From Stegostoma tigrinum (Eukaryota): a stretch of 64,000 nucleotides of DNA. Below are positions 13,498 to 26,110 of the stretch, piece by piece. Position numbers and translations under genes: made by a program. Each line of letters starts with the position of its first letter. Within the stretch, counting starts at the first letter, position 1. The stretch covers positions 12,958,001-13,022,000 of the forward strand of contig NC_081390.1 in assembly GCF_030684315.1 (NCBI RefSeq), read 5' to 3'. The notes under the pieces were generated by a model. The model did not search any database and was not told the origin of the DNA. It was given only the letters and a program-made list of their open reading frames with translations.

Positions 13498-15454
13498 CTT
13501 ACGTTACATTCTATTGGAAGACGGGATTTCCCTGTCATGTATAATGCAAACTGTGGTGGGGATTATGGGCTGCCAATGTAATATCAGTTGTCTAGATAGG
13601 AGGTGGGGATAAACTGCCTAAAAAAAACAGACTCTCAGACACCACGTTTAACCTTTTCTTGTTGAATAGATTTAAGTTAAAATACGGCCTTAGGATCTAT
13701 AATCCAAGATCAAATTTCTAAATGTTTGGAAAATGTGTAAATAGTCAAAGGGAGTCTGTTATGTACCTCCACAAGTTGTTTGGACTGTATCATTACTTTG
13801 TAATTAAACACATGGAAGCATTAAATTATAGAATGCCAACTTTAGGGAAGTAAAGAAACAGCACACAATCACTTACTTTGGCAGAGTTAGGAAATTGTGT
13901 TACTGGATAATTGAAGGCTTGAGTCAATTTAACTCATCAATGAGACATGGGGTTTAACTAGATCAGTTGGCTGAATGGCTGATTTCGCAACAAAGTGACA
14001 CCAACGCTCTGGGTTGGCTTCCTATACCGGTTGAAATTACAGTAAAGGCCCTGCCTTCCCAAACCTCATTTGAAGTGTGGTGATGCTCAGGTTAAGCTCT
14101 AATGCCAGAGCGGACCATGGCTCTCCCTGAACGTGGTGACTTTCAAAAGGATAATGGAATCATGTGTAGAAAGTTTTCAGTCAGCGACCTGTGATGTTGT
14201 CATTGAAGGAAAGTAACTCAAAATCATTGATCCTGCACCTAAAAATGTGATGGGGAAAGAGTCTCAGTCCAGATACATAGAATTCCTCAGATGTTGTGTG
14301 GCCTCCTGATACAGAATGAGGCTTATTCTTCTGATATGCTGTCAGCCTGAAAGAAAACTAAGTTTGACAGATTTGGTTTCCAGTCAGATGGGGAGTGGGG
14401 CAGAGCTGCAAGTACAGAGTCTGCAGTTACAGAGGCTCATAGATAGTGCGAGCATGGAGGTGGCTCAATCTCTACCCAGAGAGAGGGCTTGATCCAATTT
14501 GGGAGGTGTCTGATCCCCGAGCTGAGGAGGAGGGAAGTGTTATAAGATTAATCTTCTTCATAGTGTACCATGTTTCCTGGTAAGACTCAACAGGGCTTGT
14601 TTGGTTGAGTGTAGTAGAGGAAAACCACTTGGTAGTCGAATGAGAAACACCTTTTATCTTACACAAGATATAGTTTATTTCATTAAAGCAACTCAGTACA
14701 AATTACATCGATATGACATGTATTCTTACTCAGACGGAGCATCCCCCCCCACCCCATATGTACATAAAGATAAGCTTTAATGAATAATGTATATTTTTGC
14801 CATAAAAAATCATTTATGTTTCTCCACAAACTTTACTGATTGAATGTTGCCTTATTCAAGTGAACAGGAGACTCCTTGACACCTCAGTTCCAAGGTGCAT
14901 GTCAGGGAAAATTTGCACAAACTTTGGATTAGTTGTGTGTGCTGAGGAGAACTCGACGTAGTAGCAATTTCTTGATTGAGTTCTGGGCGAATGGCTATTG
15001 TTTTGTGTTTGGACAATACAGCAGTAAGTTCAGCACAACATTGTGGGCCGAAGGACCTGTGCTGTGCTGTACAGTTCTATGCTATATGTTCTTGCATCCA
15101 GCCCATGAAGCAGATATCATCTGTCTGCCTCTCTTTTCTGTGCATGGAAAAGTTAAAAAAAATTCCAAGCAGGTAGCTCCTCTCTTTTTTCCTTGCCAAT
15201 TAACCTCTTGAAAAAAAGAGGAAGAACAGCTTCAAGGACTATGAAAGAGTGAATCCTCAATGGTAAATTGAGAAGCCAGGGTTCCACAACCCCATGTCCT
15301 TAGCAAGGAGTCAAATAGAACGAAAAGGAAACTGGAGGAAAACATCTCAGCAATGCCTAGAATCTGGTCTGGTGACAGAAGTGTGCTTAATGGATCTTCT
15401 TTGTTTCTTCCTCGCCTGAAGTATTGTCTCTTGCGCGTGTGTGTACGTGTGCTG

Positions 15455-15702
15455 CACGGATGCTGCCTGACCTGCTGTGATTTCCAGCATTTGTTATTTT
15501 CGATACAGATTCCAGCATCTGAAGTAGTTTGCTCCTGAAAGATTTTAAGATCCGTTTCTCTTCAGCTTAGTGCAATGGCTACAGTCACTTTTTCCCACGT
15601 AGGCCACAGTTACAAGAAAATCATTGTCCTTCCAACATTTTAGGACCAATAGACATTAATGCCTGAGGCAAATTGTCAGGATCTGCAGGGCACCTCACCT
15701 GC
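15455..15702 (+). repeat. ~248-bp direct repeat, copy 1 (copy 2 at 17365-17612)
   Basis: Colinear from CACGGATGCTGCCTGA to GGGCACCTCACCTGC, including non-TE sequence; roughly 85-90% identical by eye. Confidence 0.9.
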
Positions 15703-15810
15703 GAGTGTGCGTACATGAGTGTGTATGTGTGCGCGTGCATGAATGCAAGTGTGCGTGTGTGTGTGCGCGTACATGAATGCGAGTGTGCACGTGTATGTGT
15801 GTGCGTGTGA
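15703..15810. repeat. Degenerate (GT/GC)n alternating purine-pyrimidine tract
   Basis: gagtgtgcgtacatgagtgtgtatgtgtgcgcgtgcatg... Confidence 0.85.
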
Positions 15811-16611
15811 CTGAAGTGGCTGCTGCCATCACCAGAGGCCAAGGAATGATGGGGAACCCTCGCCAGGTCATGCCGGGAAGGGTTTTCATGGGGTGGGTGT
15901 TACAGGCAGTAGAGTAGGGGCTGTTGGCAGCATGTCGAGAGAGTGGCTCTCAGCTGTTCCATCACGCCCACCCTCAATACTCAATACTGGAGCCCTCAAT
16001 TAGTCAAATGAGTGCCTTTGATGAGGGAGGCTTTCAGATGATGATTGGCATCCTGCACTGTCTTACCAGCTGTGCACGACACACTCCAGGATACCAACTC
16101 TGCTGCAGCAGAGACAAGGCCCTTACAAAGCTCATTAATTATTCACTTAACGGTCTGATTTGACAGACATTGGGAAATCCAATGACAGGCCTGCCTGACC
16201 CAGATTTCATTTCAATGAAAGTGGGAACTCGGAGGTGGGGGGGGGAACTGATTGAATACACTCCCTGCCTCCAAACATGCCACCAGAGTAGAATTCTTCT
16301 CCCTATGTCTGAGAAAACTTTGCACCAATATTTTGTTACCAAACTGAAAATACAAGGATTTTGTTGAAAATTGTTGACTTAATTTGACTTTCATTGTCTG
16401 CTTCATGGTGTTTTATTTTGGCACCTGTAAGATCCAATGAGCCGCTGAATTGGAATATATCATTACTCAGCAGATTCAGCGTGTGCACCTGCTGATATAC
16501 ATCATATCATCTGGAGATGGTCCAAAAACTGGCAGGGAGCGAGTCCACACAGTCAACTGGGAGCAGTCCTTCTGAACCACAAAAGTTACTAAACAAACCT
16601 ATATCACAGTG

Positions 16612-16778
16612 ATGTCAAAGGAGGCAAATCAAACCGGTGGCAATCCCAGTTTTTCCAAGAATTCCAGCCCAAATGCCAAAATGCCTACAGTCATGGAGCT
16701 GGAGGAAATCTTACGTCAAAACAGGGTTCCGCTCAGCCGCATCGACGAGGTCTGGCCTAATCTATACATAGGAGATAT
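16612..16778 (+). CDS. DUSP13A: DUSP13A (MDSP)-like atypical dual-specificity phosphatase, coding exon 1
   Basis: ATG at 16612, reading MSKEANQ...[32 protein letters not shown]; phase-2 donor AT|GTAAGT at 16779. Resembles human MDSP PSILELEELLR...RVDEVWPNLFIGD. Missing from the ORF track because it is under 60 aa. Confidence 0.9.
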
Positions 16779-16926
16779 GTAAGTACTCCTTCAAACGGCA
16801 GAAACACCGTTGGCAAGGTCAGTAGCATTGATTATACAAAAACGTGAAATGCGGATGGCACAGAGTGGGCTGGTAAGAGAAGCTAAAATGACGCCAGCTT
16901 GTCAAAGCTATCACTAAACTTCAAGC

Positions 16927-17083
16927 TGCACCAGAGGATCAGGAAAGCTGATGCATCAGAAGGGGCTGGGCCTGAGGTGTCGGCTTTCCTGCTGCTTTGG
17001 TGCTGCTTGGCCTGCTGTGTTCATCCAGCTCTACACCTTGTTATCTTAGATTCTCCAGCATCGGCTGTTCCTACTATCTCTCC
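16927..17083 (+). mobile_element. Short non-autonomous PLE-derived element with 15-bp TSD
   Basis: pLTR-type tail (..TGCTGCTTGGCCTGCTGTGTTCATCCAGCT..) with a degenerate hammerhead; CACTAAACTTCAAGC at 16912-16926 and 17084-17098. Confidence 0.75.
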
Positions 17084-18107
17084 CACTAAACTTCAAGCAG
17101 TTTGGTTGTATGCTGGGTGGGGTCGTTTCAGTAATTTCAAGGCTTCTGAATTCTCACTGTGTGGCTGGCTTAATCTTTTACTAAATTGTCCAATCCTGAG
17201 ACACGTTTTCTACGAACTTTTAGTACCAGTATCGTGGGCTAAAACAGAATGCAAACAAAAACTTTTCACACTCTTTAGCAGAGCTGACATGAAGTCACTT
17301 CATTACTTCATGTCAGCTCTGATGAAGAGTCATCCAGACTGGAAATGTTAGCTCGCTGACCCTCCACGGATGCTGCCTGACCCGCTGTGATTTCCAGCAT
17401 TTGTTGTTTTCAATGTAGATTCCAGCATCTGAAGTAGTTTGCTCCTGAAAAATTTTAAGATCCGTTTCTGTTTAGCTTAGTGCAATGGCTACAGCCGCTT
17501 TCCCACGTGGGCCACAGTTACAAGGCAATCAATGTACTTCCAACATTTTAGGACCACAACAGACATTTACGTCTGAGGCAACTTATCAGGATCTGCAGGG
17601 CACCTCACCTGCTGGTTCAATCAATGCTTTCAAAATAGAGATGGCAAGAATGGAATGAGAAGTGAAACCTTACCATTTTACCTGCCCAGCAAATCTCTTC
17701 TCACCAGCAGGAGGAGTTAAACATCCCTTTGCCACTGACAATGACCCTGTGCCTGCGTCACCAGCCTCAAAATCTCTCCACCCTCAACCTGTCCATCTTC
17801 CTGCTCACCTATCCACACCACCCTTCCCACTGACCAACCACAATAATCCCTCACCTGCATCCACCTATCTCCATTTCACCTCTTCTCCCACAGACCCCAA
17901 CCCCCTCCTGTATTTCTGTGTTCCCCTCCCCCTCCCAAGTCCTGACAAAAGGTTTTGGCCCAATACATTGACTTTCCTACCCCTCAGATGCTGTCTGATG
18001 GACTGTGCTTTTTCAGCTCCACATTTATTGACTCTAGCTTCCAGCATCTGCAGTCCTTATTGTTTCTGATCAGCTGAAGCTGGCAGGATGGAGGTAAGGT
18101 GAGGATC

Positions 18108-18431
18108 TTAGAATCCCTCCAGTATGGAAGCAGGCCATTCAGCCCATCGAATCCACACCATCCCTCCAAAGACCATCCCACCCAGACCCACCCTCTACCC
18201 CTATCCCTGCAATCCCACGCCCTCCTGCCAAGGCATTATAGGCAATTTAACACAGCCAATCCACCTAACTTGCACATCGTTGGACTGTGGAAGGAAACTG
18301 GAGCACTCGGAGGAAACCCACACAGACACAGGGAGAATGTGCAAACTCTACACAGACAGTCGCCTGAAGCTGGAATCGAACCCAGGTCCCTGGCGCTGTG
18401 TGGCAGCTGTGCTAACCACTGAGCCACCGTG
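18108..18431 (-). mobile_element. HE1-type SINE
   Basis: Reverse-complement match to 32760-33061. Confidence 0.85.
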
Positions 18432-18919
18432 ATGTGACAAAACATTTTTGCACAACTCTCAACATTAGCTGGATATTTGCATACTTCATTTCAGGAATTT
18501 TGTTTTTTTTTAGCTAGGCATCTGAGAGATAAGTAAATTAATGATTCCTTGAGGTTCCTTGAGTAATTACTGAGTATTCTTATAATTAATGTATGTCAAA
18601 GGGAGTAAGGGAACACCAGGCTACAAAAGTAACAACAAATACAACAACAGATGGGAAGTATCTGGTTTGCTGCTTAACCAAGGAACCGCAACCTGCAAAC
18701 TTATGTTTCAACAAAGTAGCAGTGTCATGGGCGATAGCGAGCTGAAACATTACACCAAACACTTTGAATCATGTGTCAAGTGTATAAATAAACTGGGACA
18801 GTTGTTTTAGTTCGAAGACTTGAATTGATTCAATCCAGACTGATGTGCTGATCGCTTGACATTTTTAAAACGGTACCCTTTTGGCTGTGGAGACCTCAAG
18901 ACCAACTGACATTCCTTCA

Positions 18920-19023
18920 GATATAGTAGGAACTGAAGAAGGGTCTAGGCCCGAAACGTCAGCCTTTCTGCTCCTTTGATGCTGCTTGGCCTGCTGTGTT
19001 CATCCAGCTCTAAACCTTGTTAT
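18920..19023 (+). mobile_element. 104-bp PLE-derived element with intact hammerhead core and 14-bp TSD
   Basis: CTGAAGA-A-GGGTC-TA-GGCCC-GAAA-CGTC at 18933-18960; CTGACATTCCTTCA at 18906-18919 and 19024-19037. Confidence 0.8.
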
Positions 19024-19800
19024 CTGACATTCCTTCAAATAGTCTGTAAAATATGATGACACAGAATTATATAGTTATTACAGCAAAGAAAGATGCTGTT
19101 TAGTCCATCACATCTATGAAAACTTTTCGTACAGTAATCCAGTGGGTTCCATTCCCCATTCCATCCCTGTAGCCTATTCCCTTCAAACTTATTCCCTTCA
19201 AGATCCCAACCAACTTCCTTTTATAATCATTTGTCACCTGTGCTCATGGACTATTACACTGGCTGAGTAAAAGAGTTCTTCATTGCATCACTCCCCACAC
19301 AAAACATTCAACCTGTGCCCCATACTCCTTGCATCATCATTTCAGGAATGGCCTTCCTTGTTTACCTTATTCAAGCCCATCATAACCTCTGGACTCCACT
19401 ATCCAAGAACTTGTCAATCTCTTGTGCTCCATGCAGACCAATCTCACCTTCTCTAATCTAACCTCCATTCAAGCTAGAACTTCTCACTGTCAAATCATTC
19501 TGGTAAATCTCTACTTTATCCTCAGAAAAATCCTGACTGGTACAAGGAAGAATATTTGGTAACGTGGTCTGGTGAGTGTAAAAGGAATATTACGTTAGGA
19601 AATACTGCACCTGAGGAGTGCCAGTTTGATGCTGACACAATTGGGTTGAAATTGGGGAAACTGAACCATTTTCATAAGTGGCTTCCCTGACATTGACAAA
19701 CACAATCCCTTGCCAACTGTGCAGAGAAGGATAAGCCAATAACATTGTAAACATGTTTGTGCATTCTTGAAGTATTTTATAATATCTTTTGCTTCATTAG

Positions 19801-20018
19801 GACAATAGCTCATGACAGATTTCGTCTTTGGAAGTTGGGTATCACTCATGTGTTAAATGCAGCACACAAACAGGTTGCGTCCAGTGGATGCCAAGATTTC
19901 TATGGTCCCAGTGTGGATTATTATGGTATTGCAGCTCATGACGTACCAACGTTTGACATTGCTGCCCATTTCTATTCTGCAAGTGACTATATACATAAGG
20001 CACTCGATATATTGGGAG
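19801..20018 (+). CDS. DUSP13A: DUSP13A-like coding exon 2
   Basis: Acceptor ttcattAG|G at 19800; TIAHDRFRLWKLGITHVLNAAH...YYGIAAHDVPTFDIAAHFYSASDYIHKAL includes the general-acid Asp. RF.LWKLGITHVLNAAH and AHD.P.FDI are MDSP-like. Donor G|GTAAGA at 20019; 218 nt, frame-compatible with both neighbours. Confidence 0.93.
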
Positions 20019-20939
20019 GTAAGAGACCATTCTAGCATGTCAAATAGTCCTATAAGCTGGCTTGATTCTTAATTTCATTACAAAGATAATAAAAAGAGAT
20101 GCTGTGGATAATGTTGTTCAGTAATTCAGTTAATTAAGGTTATAATTAACTGAACTATATGTAGTCCAAGGTTTTATCCTCATAACTAACTTCCTAGAAT
20201 CAGCCAGTGCTAAATTTGTACATCTATCAGGAGTTCCACATTTGGCTTTATCAATTTGGGTAAGTACAGGAAAATTTCTTTTTCGTTTGTTCACGGGATG
20301 TGGATATCATTGGCTAAGCCAGAATTTACTGCCCATTCTCGCTTGCCCAGAGGGTACATTGCTGGATGTCCAGAGTCAAATGTAAGCCAGACCAGGTATA
20401 GTTGGCAGGTTTCCTTCCCTAAAGGATCAAATGAACCAGATGAGCTTTTACAATATTCAACGGTAGTTACATGGTTGCCATTAGGTTAGCTTTATATTCC
20501 AGATGTTAACTGATTTCAGATTTCACCAGCTGAAATGGTGGGACTCAAACCCATGTCCCCGGAACATCAATCCAGGATTCTGGGCTACTAGGGCAGATGC
20601 TGCCCACTACGGCACTGCCTGTCCAATTGGGTCACCATCGATAATGTACATTCAGTGATCTCTTCTGGAAGTGTACGTTCGGGAACCTTTTGAGTTTAAA
20701 CAGCCTTCTTTATCATAGATGATCTGGCCATACCTGTGGCATAAAAGTGGCAAATTTTGTGCATTAGAATTAGTTGAAAGAAAGGGCGTTGGAGTTGTTT
20801 CTTAATAAGTAAAACAAGACCCCCTCCCCAATTTACAGACCACCTGTGCTTGAATCAGACTCCTGAAGGCTAAAATCCATCTCTGACAATCATTCCCACA
20901 TTACGAGATAACAGGACAGGCAAACAACAGTTATTAGAG

Positions 20940-21270
20940 TTAAGGATAAGGAACATCTTAAAGAAAAGTTTGAGAGAGTGAATTTTGGATGCATAGGGCA
21001 GCTAGCTACATGGCTATCAATGATTGAGTGAAGGAAATTGGGATGCAGGAGACCAGAATGAGAGGATTGCAGATATCTCGGAGGTGTGTTTGAGGAAGGG
21101 CAGACGGCGGTTACAGAGGTAGGCAAGGCTGAGGCAAAGGAGGGATTTGAAACCAAGGACAAAAATTTTAAAACTGAGGCCATAGAGGACCAGGAAGCAA
21201 TGTTGATGTGATGGGCCTTAGTATGCGTTAGGATACGTACGGCAAACTTTGATACAGCAGGTCCTGTCAA
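20940..21270 (-). mobile_element. L2-type LINE ORF2 C-terminal remnant
   Basis: Minus strand ..PPRYLQSSHSGLL..SII.. resembles L2 ORF2 ends. Confidence 0.5.
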
Positions 21271-21778
21271 AAAAAATGGTACTTCATAAACCATGCAACA
21301 GTTATGTACAACAGAAAATATATGGATGAACAAAGCAGAATTCATTTCTACCCCAAAACATCCTTAATTACATTCACTGTTAATGCTAAAGAAAAGACTG
21401 ATTGACACTGTGCCCCTTGGCTGTTAAAGCTCAATGCTTGTAATAGTTTGCAATGTAAAATGTGGCTTCACTGTAACCATGGGCTCAATACTCAAATGTT
21501 AATTTAAGGCTAAGTTGTCAATTTGTAAAAACACAAACACAGATGGGACAATTACCCAAAAAGCAAAAAATCCATACGATAGTGGATTTCTGTAATGGTT
21601 AGGCTGTTTTGAAAAAGTAGATTGTCCCAATTGTTGATGAGTTAGTTCTATTGTTAAAAAAAAAACTCACTTTGATCAATTCTTCTTGATTTTCATCAAG
21701 ATGTTTGAATGTCAAAAGCTTTTAATGCTGTTTTGTCATTCTCAGGAGCTCAAAAAAGCTCAAAAACTTTCTAAAGTT

Positions 21779-22472
21779 TTAGCAAAGATTTGTAGCTCGG
21801 GTTGTGGGGGAGATTGTTGACTTGCTCACCGAGCTGGCTTGTTCTCGTTCAGACATTTCGTCAACATGCTAGGTAACATCATCAGTGGGGCCTCTGAAGA
21901 AGCGATGTTATTCTACTCTGCTTGGAATTTATACTGTCTGCTCCATTAGGGTGAGTACTGTCATTTCCAGTTTTGTTCTCTATTGGTTTGTATAGGGTCC
22001 AATTGTTTTTGTTTGTTGATCAAATTATGGGTTGAGAATTGTTCTGCTAGGAGTTCCCATGCATGGCTGTGTTTGACTTGGGCTGCTATGGTTACATTGT
22101 CCCAGTTAAACTGATAGCCTTCACTGTCAGAGTGTACTGATTTTAGGGAAAGTTCATCATGTCGTTTTGCTTCTAGCTGATGTTCATGTATTCTGATGGC
22201 TAGTTTCCTTCCTGTCTGTCTGATGTAATGCTTGTGGCCGTCAGGTGTGGCATGGTATTCTGCATGTTGGGGGAATAGAGTTTTCAATCCTTGTGAGTGT
22301 TTGTCATTGAGTGGCTGTGGGCTTGTGCGCCGCATGATTCCTAGTGGTCCTAGGAGTCTTGTTGTAAGTTCTGATATGTTCTTGATATTGGGCTGTGTGG
22401 CTAGTGTGTTAGGATGTACTGTGTCCTCTTCTTGTTGTCTGTTTAGAAGGCAAGTGCAGATGAAGTTCTAGT
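21779..22472 (-). mobile_element. Penelope/Poseidon-type PLE 3' fragment (GIY-YIG + pLTR with hammerhead motif at 21852-21885)
   Basis: ORF 21961-22335 has HYIRQTGRKLAIRIHEHQL; minus strand CTGATGA-TGTTACCTAGCATGTTGAC-GAAATGTC. Confidence 0.85.
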
Positions 22473-22477
22473 TCTGA

Positions 22478-23330
22478 ACTAGACTCCAGTCATAATATGT
22501 TGGAATTCAGTACTATAATGAAACAGGCTACTGTTGAGGAAATTTTTAAAGAGTGAATAAAACGTTCAAGAAATTAAATTCAGAAAAATGTACAATAAAT
22601 CTCACAGCCTTCTCTGTCATAGAAAATATAATGATAGTCCTTTTTAATGATGCTGTGTATTCCAGTCTTTAGAATGGCTACCTCAGTACCGCAGAATCAT
22701 CTATCATAGTCTCAGGAAGAAAGAACAATAAAAGCTGTCCATTTTTCTCAGAAGCCAAACTATAGGATTTAAAAGTATCTTAGCTGCTGAAATATTGACA
22801 TTAGCAGAAGGTATAGATACAGCGACGTATGTAAACAATGTTCTAAAGGAAATGCAATCTCAAAAGTCTGCCCATAGAAGGTTATATGTGGACAACTGTT
22901 CTCTTTGGGACAAAGTACATTTGACAAAGGGCATCACTGAGAAAATGTTGAGGATCAGCCTTCTAGCATCAAAGAAATATTAGAAAGAAAAAGGATTTCC
23001 AAAATAATATGGGCTGTTGCAAATCACCAGTTGTTAGATTATTTCATAGAAGTGCTTGCTCCAAGGAATTACTGAAGAACCTCAAAGACGGATGTCCGGT
23101 GGTATGAGGAGTTATAAGAACATTTAAAAAAAAAGCTTGTGTATAGGCTTGTTTGTGACTAAAAATGTTGCTGTTGATGGTTTAAAGAAAGAAAGGAAAA
23201 TATGAATTGTTGATTGCATTGTATGGAATACGAAGAAAAAATGTTTTTTACAGGTTATCTTAATTTACATTACTTTTAGTTCATAATTATATATTTCCAA
23301 AAGTTTTATTTAAAAAGACGAGGGAAGTTT
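22478..23330 (+). mobile_element. Ty1/copia LTR-retrotransposon remnant (RT C-terminus, RNase H, PPT), GalEa-like
   Basis: MLEFSTIMKQATVEEI, FNDA, KSILAAEILTLAEGID, YVDNCSLWDKVHLTKGITEKMLRI, HQLLDYF; purine tract 23312-23327 followed by TGTAAT. Confidence 0.7.
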
Positions 23331-23687
23331 GTAATTTAGCAAGGAGTTGGGTATGTGTTTGGGATCAATTATTGATTCATTAATTGACTGGGCAGTTATT
23401 GATTGGGAATGTGGTCTCTTGTGGCACACTGGTAGTGACCCTACTTTGAGCCAGAAGGTCTGGGTTCAAGCCCCACCGGCAATAAGGTGTATAATAACAT
23501 CTCTGAACAGGGTGATTAGAAAAATAGGTAAGACTGAATAATAAATCAACTCTATCTACCAAAACAACAGCGTCATTTTCTGACATTTTTGACATTTCAG
23601 CAGATCCACCTGAACACCTTTGCTCATGACCTCCACCCTGCACAACTCCCTGCCCCCAGTACTTCAAAAGAGCTGTCAGTCTCTGAC

Positions 23688-23845
23688 TCAGACATCACAA
23701 GAACTGCTGGTGTCAGAGATAACAGTGTGGAGATTGAGGAAAACAGCAGGCCAGGCAGAAAGGGTCCTGACCTGAAACGTCAACTTTCCTGCTCCTCTGA
23801 TGCTGCCTAACCTGCTGTGCTCTCCAAGCTCCACACGGTGTTATC
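23688..23845 (+). mobile_element. Short fold-back PLE-derived element with 12-bp TSD, later partly tandem-duplicated
   Basis: TCAGTCTCTGAC at 23676-23687 and 23846-23857; inverted arms; 3' half of a hammerhead (GGGTCCTGACCT-GAAACGTC). Confidence 0.75.
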
Positions 23846-24053
23846 TCAGTCTCTGACAGACTGACTGGCGGCCCTCAGTAGATAACACTTTCAACCCCTG
23901 GGGAGGCAGGCCAGGCAGAAAGGGTCCTGACCTGAAACGTCAACTTTCCTGCTCCTCTGATGCTGCCTAACCTGCTGTGCTCTCCAAGCTCCACACAGTC
24001 TCTGACAGTCTGACTGGCGGCCCTCAGTAGGTAACACTTTCAACCCCTGGGGA
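23746..24053 (+). repeat. Recent tandem duplication, period 160 bp
   Basis: 23746-23904 repeated at 23906-24053 with an 11-bp deletion and about 2 substitutions. Confidence 0.92.
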
Positions 24054-25754
24054 TGCTATCTCTGCTTAATTGGCTTATGGTTTGGTGAGCCTTCACAAAT
24101 AGAGACAGTGCGAGTCTCCAGCTGGCATGCAAAACATCTCATCAAGATTCCGCCTGCTACTTCCAGCTCTTTTGAAGTTTATTTCAAGCTATAAAAACTA
24201 ATATTAACAACTGTACTTTAATTTTAATAAAAGCTTTGTTATTCTCAGAATCTGTTTTGATTCAACAAACAGGAGGAAACTTGTAGACTTCACAAAAGAT
24301 CAAGTCATGCACTCACGAGTAATTAATCAAAGCTGCATATTTCTATGGATGAAGTTAAACAGCCAAGATTGTATTTTATTCATAGGATTAAACTTTTTTC
24401 ACTGTCGAATGAGCTAGTTGTCAATTTTAGTACAGTGATGCAAACTATGAAGCTGTGGCATTTAAGATTTTGTATGTAAGCATGACACATTGTTTGGCTA
24501 CCATACTTAGAAAGGTTTTGGGATGTGCCAATCTCACCACACTATCGTGTATTGGTAGGTAACACAGGCCTTAAAGAACAGTATTAATAAAGCGAAATAA
24601 AAAGTCCATTCTGTCTAGAAAGTTCTGCACCAAAAGGCGCAACATCAAACTGATTTCAGTAATCGGTAAATTAAATCCAAAACAAACCTGACTCCTGGAA
24701 TTGAAGGCATGATTAACAACAATTAAAATCTAATGGATTTCAGGAAAGGGTCAATAATTAGATGCTGCGTACTTAAAAGAGCACTCAGGTTATAATTTGG
24801 AATGTTGGTTACTCTTGTTATAAAGCACAAACTAACCGTCCTGTCCTACAGTGAAATTGTGATGCTTCAACACAGTCACAGGACAGAAAACAGTGCACAG
24901 CAGGGCCATAAGGGCAGATGACATTGTCGGCAGGAAGTGAGGTTCTATCCAAAAAGGAAGATAGAAAAGCTCAAAAAATTAAACCATTGACTGTCAAAAT
25001 TAACAACATGAATGTCAATCTCAGAGAGAGCATCTTTTAGGAAAGATATTAATTTGAGACTCATCCGCCTGATCAGGGGTGAAAGATCATATGGCTCAAA
25101 TTGAAAAAAGAGAAGGAATGTTCTTCCAGTGTCCAACCACAATATTGGTGTTCCTTAATTCCCAAGACCACCCGCAAGACTTAACCTTATTTTAGGAGCT
25201 CACATACAGTATATGGGTTCGGGCCTAGATACAGCTATTGTGTCACACTTGTATGAATAACCATTGATTTTAAGGACGAACATCTTAAAAACCTATTTTG
25301 ACACTACAGTTTTGAAGTACAGCAGTTGAAATGTGACTGTTAATCACCTACTGGTCGGCAGGGGGAGCACTACAACAACATTCACAAGATTTCACAGACC
25401 AGGTCCCGATCCAATATAATTGAATTTAAGAACTGCAGATGCTGCAAATCTGAGACAAAAGCAGAAATTGCAATGGAAACTCAGTAAGTCTGGCAACATC
25501 TGTGGGAAGAAAACCTTCTGCTGAGGTTTTCAAGCAATTTATGTTTTTGTTTCAGATCCTGATCCACTTCTGTGCAATCTTTCCCCTACTCCATTCTGTA
25601 CTTCTTCTGGCTGGGCATAGTTTCACAGGTACCAGCTGCTCCTGGTACAATGCCTGTATGACCATTCCTCGTGGGTGAGCTATTGCGCTGGAAATGGAAA
25701 AGCAAAGTTTACTCCTACCTTGCTCTTTTTCAAGTGTAAGCTGGTGATATTGGT

Positions 25755-26110
25755 GAGGAGCTGGTGTAGTGATAATGTGGCTGGACCTATAACCCTGAAG
25801 CCTGAAGTAATGTCCTGGGGAAATGTGTTCAATCACAGCAGCTCATGATGTTTGAGTTCTATGAGAGGAAAATAAAACTCGTAGAGTTTAGTTTTCTTTA
25901 TATAAGCCTGATGGCAATCATATTACTAGAGTCAATTGGTCAGTAAAAACCCATCTGGTTCACTAATACTAATACCATCCTTACCTGGTCTGGCCTACAT
26001 GTGACTCCTGACCCACAGCCATGTGGTTGACTCTTAACTGTCCTCTTTGCAGTTAGGGATGGGTTATAAATGCTGCCCCAGCTGGTAATTCCCACATCCC
26101 ATGAATAGAT
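25755..26110 (+). mobile_element. Second SINE family sharing its 3' tail with a LINE (other copies ~7200-7530 -, 7950-8170 -, 20280-20615 -, 29525-29730 +, 31165-31500 -, 47215-47560 +)
   Basis: Recurrent CCCATCTGGTTCACTAAT..CTTACCTGGTCTGGCCTACATGTGACTCC..GGGATGGG.AATAAATGCT..CCCACATCCC. Confidence 0.7.
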
